Below are positions 62,401-64,000 of a stretch of 64,000 nucleotides of DNA, piece after piece. The stretch is from an uncultured virus (IMG/VR IMGVR_UViG_3300033463_000098). Lineage: Duplodnaviria > Heunggongvirae > Uroviricota > Caudoviricetes. Under the pieces are notes generated by a model. It did no database searches. It was not told where the DNA came from and saw only the letters and a program-made list of their open reading frames with translations. The DNA lies in the IMG/VR virus record IMGVR_UViG_3300033463_000098, one strand, 5' to 3'. The position numbers were made by a program, and so were the translations under genes. The stretch's first letter is position 1, and each line of letters starts with the position of its first letter.

Positions 62401-64000
62401 TTTACTGTTAATTTGAATCAAACTGGTGGTACAACTAATACAACTGAAAATAAAACAACAAATGAAACTAAAAATGTTACAGAAACAAAAACTGTTAATA
62501 CAGTTTCTAATACTACTGTTAATGTTGATACAAGTAGTGCGCAAAATTCTGCTAAACAATTAGCAACTACTTTAAGTTCTACTTTAGGCCCAGCAATAAC
62601 ACTTGCTAAAACTAAAATTTCAATATTAGCAACTGAAATGGGCAAAATACCCTCTAAAGCTACTTTAGTTTCTACTTTGGCAGCAGCTATGGCTAGTATT
62701 CCTACTGGTAAAGCCGCGCAGGTTTCTGCTTTAGCAACGCAAATGAGTAAAATACCTGATGTAGGCAATAGAATAAGTAATATTGTTTCTGCTTTAAAGA
62801 ATGTACCAAGTGGTAGTAAGTCATTATCAGTACAATTTAGATATACTACAAGTAAAGCTGGTGCTACTGGTAATATAGGTAATTTTGCACAAGCAAAAGG
62901 TAGCGGTAAAGCTTTAGCTTCAGGCTACAGGTCTACTTTAATGGGTGAACTTGGGCCTGAATTGGTTGTAAGTAATGGTAGATATTTCTTAGTTGGACAG
63001 AATGGTGCTGAATTTGTTGATTTAGCAAAGGATGCTATTGTATTTAACCATAAGCAAACTCAACGTTTGATGGAGCAAGGTGCGATTGGTTCTCGCGGAC
63101 GTGCTTTAACTAATGAAACTAATGCGGTTTCATTAGCGAAAGGTAGAAAACAGCCTGATGAAGGATTTGCTAGGGTTAAAACTCCTACATCTTATTCCGA
63201 TACTGGTGGCAGCGGAGGGGTAAAAAATAATACAGGAGCTCAAAAAACAAAAGCAATAACTGAGACAATTCGTTCAGTATCAGTTTCTCCAACACAATCA
63301 GAACAAATTAAACTTTATTCGTTTGCTAAAGGTAATATGAATGGTGGCCCTGCGATGGCGAGTGCGGCTGCGGCATTAGCAGCTTTGAAAGAAATTCGTG
63401 CAGCTTGGAAAGCATTAGAAAGCGCGACTGCTAAGACATTGGGTTCTAGCGCTGGTAAGAGCAGTGGTTCTAAGAGTGGTTCAGGTTCTAGTGGTAGTGG
63501 CGGTTCTGGTAGCGGCTCTAGTGGAAAAGGTTCTAGTGGAAAGAGCAGCGGTTCTGGTGGCTCTGGCGGTAGTGGCGGTTCTAGTGATTCTACTAAAGCT
63601 GCAGCGCAAGTTAAGAGTGTTACTGAAGATATAGAACGCTGGTATAATTTGGAACGTCAAATTGTTGAACTTGAAAAAGAAATTACTTATCAGCAAGCAT
63701 TAAGAAATAAATATGAGTCTGATAGAATTGCTAATGGTGAAAAGATTTATGAAACTTATCAAAAGGAATTAAGAGCTTTAGAAAAAGAAATTGTAAATCA
63801 GAATGAATTAGTAAGATTGCAAAAGAGTTTCTATGATGCTAGGCGAGCAGAATTAGCAAGTTCAGAATTTAAAAAAATATTTACTTATGATGAAAATGGT
63901 TTACAACAATATACAAGTAATAAACCCGGCAGTAATTTAGGATTAGATATATTAGAAAAATTGACTCAGCGTGATGAAAATGGTAAATTAATTAATAATG
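50500..64000 (+). CDS. giant tail tape measure protein (3' end outside window, at least 4500 aa)
   Basis: ATG at 50500 after GGGGTG; absent from the ORF track, consistent with no in-window stop; TP901-type core at about 51.8-52.7 kb (IKELDSTM...IGTALKSI...GNRQQSRFLAL), coiled coils, MGELGPE near 62941. Confidence 0.85.
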   Translation, partial: MGAQGAQVVVDVGVQLKVLQSSIAELQKSLSGISVDSSTFKKAAAEIEKMTKAMQSFQSQTSKAFTSQQQFNKAESSLDKIEESLIKVQQIISNVKFSELKLDSSQLEIFKQLKTELEQAEAAYTNFQNALKQQAIANFDLKSLGINASEVKGSLDEIKSVVESHITVVKNSITSLNSDIEALKTKLENLKSLNESLTNKTNSTGIPEQYNKFLKKNSKTGEYDGFKGGKVSGRQQFIDQVINDYQLGKEDIEKLKTLTFNQIKQMFQEIANSAGEAVPNNMLSGAADRVNEEIDKVKDKISTAETTAEGLSDLKVNIEATMNDEGATEKLQELGNEAQNAGDKVKSFETNAQSAAAAPQALTSSSSTLTSALQGLVDQLNQSNVAFTQMQQKVQTLQGIKQAIVNFTGFHSILNLVKSAIKEAASTIKELDSTMNAISIVTNMSTSDLWKQADAYSQMAQNYGVSISGAYQVSKIYYQQGLQTNEVLTLTNETLKLCKVSGLDYATSTDYMTTALRGFKMEMSEASTVVDVYSSLASTTAVSQGELAEAMSKTASSLESVGTSFQEASSMIATMVAVTRESATNIGTALKSIASRYGELTKSTDELTTDADGQVVSFNKVDKALQSVGITIQTTDGQFRSFTDVITELSGKWDQLSSTQQRYIATQMAGNRQQSRFLALVSNGQMLQQNLNTANNSEGIGTAQALKAMDSLESKLAQLKTAYQQFYVTMGAENVWKAAVSGLTSFTNSLNALPKLFGTIPVTAITIIYNGATLVSSLLLKLVSKLGATLGSSIKTEMSRIGGETKEEVKAQTEQIVQEVQNTITNKVDLSTIFNTDSISANEISSKLTEIVSGLNFEFNPDGTVKTDNFKVDIDAVKNEIQTKLGEAVNTDALNKAFETIQDPQGLVNFFQSLGVVIPGATQAVNSFSDKLLAAEGTISGVGKALQILSQLFNDGTRTGQILSSAVLGVGAALAGLIPILKVLKGQATTNVYIAAATAILTVITSISSIIDAVENKTKYLEKEAEQLKNTMTQIKADEKTLQSGYEKYKQLEAARYESAEAAQEYQTQVDNLADSFPELVSGFDSAGNAIITLENLEDALKTAREKTAQATVDALEKENELLQSRLNDAKKNAKNTNNSVSGDVKQSINSNLPTFYDTNTGSVYDATDGIYSYLYNVFFAIDSSLVEESNSLEDLKEQILALDPNDYNDSERELIQKVQDYLNSPASIVENFMNNFNSYDFTTTEGQEAFNKFVTAWHSADESITNLRETLSDDAVEAIESLITEVDTIISSDNKLSQSGGTLSSAYLQLKFAYNNMYTWIGEQANNALMLSNYINQSFENQKEYKTLKDYYENAADQAVKEFNEAFTGLSQETQEWLNSIDSTKYTAEQIKQILVNKGEFKRTEDIPDILSNAIDATYSTGEEAFNRVKTNFESATKAINNLKIDNKKNTGLDGAIKAFNTYKTAVVDMFDDDKYTNLSGEAANFINTQSDQIKKLISQGMYTQAENLSSLMTQLVNLIFNSNLDLDSQTELVNILKTANLNTIEGINAAIKAIKASDKIDQSAVNDLITELETRMKNIQENVIISYEASLDNVLSIIETDEKVVSKITSGMSMSEVQTLIAKANSLGLTDWNIGDEIVQQGDKFIVTAENVKTFFAEYKASISKNLDDANTAYTNLYNDLNNIGLSDLDLSSISTTAEKLYNLYNAGNTKVKELFERYGIEIQHDGTDIATIETTLKQVKEAKSNAEAALNSAVDVMTQTALWALGEYSDVWHNAEGKFDYKGMDIALTSSIDELDVTTRAAVKKIQSGLSTLLSDYISKMGQIDWSDYENSGIESNLLAEMKQRAQDSNTSFEEFINTYVVLTGKTESEINSMLISARDIQNKASIVDALKSIITSYDNFTYEVAAKYASAIGITVTDLLNNANKYGISDNGLGGYQFDYDKLLATVRENASNMLQSEYNEMISQLNAAKQKASAKQSNAISTIIANRNKLTDENILALANSLETNYDAIFNELNLTLNSDGTSYSVDLSSLQTLIKNHKIEVTDEIEEIIAVLIDNSFSSISNLISNQSKGITSLETMQKTVNEINKLLGENANYDISDLYSYNAELKAYQLNHKGFMASLAAMKVQLDAADASEKKIIQQNINSQLQSLAENIDISGYINAIGTLDYSKIYSNFTKSIDNYNTAVEQLEGNTELAVYEIANALYLGGANAVKAAEAVAAAQGKTLTSDEISTIYKSAVTRLNITVEQVASSTGSIIDKAAADIINAHGGKATEIGNSGQYLVEAVSNLYFAYADLLQQMRETAGATTAEINAIAAKMLSSNMTGTGQFATTEQNVINALSNAANMTYAQFGELLANAGVELSQRLVDQLSEANVIKQLGGEKMAILDFSALAKIFDWDLNSDEYISAFKTYNDSLIGLNRKAENAIVSEINSLSSAKGGDWLNITQLWSTLQSKLENQVLNIIDAAGAPIQLTAFDLLKSKLEEYGATLDDGILKLDSDANIAGAITTLTNYAQEYGDLLQSDVASLADTLDNVLKSFASSIETALSGSLTKSGAVDLTNMVKSLGLDNVQLNFTETANGLKLSYQSAAQLCIELKKSNNEAGKLVFDKVYASLTSASEEFSTIQQTSMKIKDTQNQIEAIERQINESLSKQDGYDAERVANLQKQKSSLQDQLSLYDQIKKKQSASADSYNFMNNKTPSYLDGVTNYWNSVGTAFNSMNTAASSGKMSIQDFQNIINEMNSLAASTGKELKFMGQTLSGSSEDAANLINTGLKYLENVDGKGVQINLSKLGTELKVGTSNMQSGFKEGVQAMAKSQVELLDAAIQLLEVVVQMEALGDIDVDNDNTLDLNEIFNVEYDGTDENGNKLTAFNENYTKWAEQVMEASKTNTDLEAGLKSISINGHTMEEYIDAATGSIEEQSKKFEKLNISEQEYAAVMQAFYEAVQNGDYNLENISASVWETFEKIMPDGTTIKTPSRTIVISGQTHWSIDWTSENTQNLVSYVEKTLKTDEAGAKEAITQAVERTEKGEAKDITDVLYTLSVRENTKIKINKDGTITIGDKTYKQGTVDYIEAIQKEALRQAGISEKNIKSSTTKGNDKGEVIEAGQMTATLNYGKGTIYVTADDKGNLKYYSDGGTAYNSPSAAAEATVKEIIEHKYGNSYNGFSKEKQQEIYNTEYYARWKIAPKIETEVTDASGAGINSSNVASVRASAEKIANASIEEVQGWVDEALKTGGDNGDGTVTITVDNFSKTVSVENAASEFSSAANEIAGQIDTSLIGNIQTAIENAFAADSFINAISTAMTTGITQAFTAGEEGTSFSVPDLTLTPTSLTVDTTDITPKLDAASETPTIEISTLTLKPTGDITVDMTDKTPKLGDSETQTVDIPTVTLNVTGDVTINTGTNVPTLDKTEFTIPTAIKAVASILNLDLETASSTVINKTIQELPADQKLELAKALVTIISLSLDTTNSTLDPKSKSMEGLPNDQQLEAKEAVALIKKINPDTVEAVFGNLTYTIPEENKTFKVSDIFTALIQTINAETISGEGGTNITLPESIDVGGKTIPIAQALAIIQSVSAQLGQGVVPDYSSVIPEGDIEIHKNIVIVADNVSLDASNGGSVDLGTMNDKLIAQANQAGITADKVNTLNEKYNALADAMVNVEKTGGSEESLESLTSAVTEYGTALDNIKDSVTNFDMADDVASSVESTKTAIASTVEALGGSIPEGFATAVEAGKGEIDTAVSTAVQDVPQDINDVVDMNSPSHMAQEYGESIPEGFVLGVNNKAGEVDTAITNMVSNIPTEINTVINSTNWSGMGSQVSSDLASGLSSNQVSVASAAKSLVSAVTDNLDFSTVSTSIGNVDIKSIDKATYDKTLVVEDIKEGKANISNLTVGANAVTANKTLSSLQNMNFSSTSSSLSGVQGSLDKISGASFGNFDSLKDKLTTATTQAQSLWDVVQKFANQTFTVNLNQTGGTTNTTENKTTNETKNVTETKTVNTVSNTTVNVDTSSAQNSAKQLATTLSSTLGPAITLAKTKISILATEMGKIPSKATLVSTLAAAMASIPTGKAAQVSALATQMSKIPDVGNRISNIVSALKNVPSGSKSLSVQFRYTTSKAGATGNIGNFAQAKGSGKALASGYRSTLMGELGPELVVSNGRYFLVGQNGAEFVDLAKDAIVFNHKQTQRLMEQGAIGSRGRALTNETNAVSLAKGRKQPDEGFARVKTPTSYSDTGGSGGVKNNTGAQKTKAITETIRSVSVSPTQSEQIKLYSFAKGNMNGGPAMASAAAALAALKEIRAAWKALESATAKTLGSSAGKSSGSKSGSGSSGSGGSGSGSSGKGSSGKSSGSGGSGGSGGSSDSTKAAAQVKSVTEDIERWYNLERQIVELEKEITYQQALRNKYESDRIANGEKIYETYQKELRALEKEIVNQNELVRLQKSFYDARRAELASSEFKKIFTYDENGLQQYTSNKPGSNLGLDILEKLTQRDENGKLINN

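Noticed and set aside
60054..63696. Minus-strand ORFs inside the tape-measure region
   Set aside because: They are antisense shadows of the long + strand frame.

Overview
This window is part of a large, AT-rich tailed phage genome, probably infecting a Firmicutes/Clostridia host (sigmaA-type TTGACA-17-TATAAT promoters, AAGGAG RBS). (1) 1-17.9 kb is a leftward run of small ORFs and nucleotide/RNA-repair enzymes: PRPP-synthetase-like, Pol-beta nucleotidyltransferase, deaminase, Thg1, Pnk-HD, Rnl1 RNA ligase, SF2 helicase and kinase-like proteins. (2) 18.4-34.0 kb is an array of about 30 self-contained promoter-RBS-gene-terminator cassettes in mixed orientation, including a tRNA-Lys(UUU) and apparently non-coding units. 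The cassettes are separated by 30 copies of a ~54-bp dyad site, GTWAA-N6-GTWAA-N8-nnCGnn-N8-TTWAC-N6-TTWA, and the array is bracketed by CCAGCT-rich and other short repeat tracts. This looks like an integron/shufflon-like cassette system in a phage; no recombinase is visible in the window. (3) 36-64 kb is a rightward SPbeta-like siphovirus morphogenesis module (terminase, portal, protease/scaffold, capsid, head-tail and tail proteins) ending in a tape-measure gene of at least 4500 codons that runs off the window. All calls come from reading the sequence by eye; no database searches were run.
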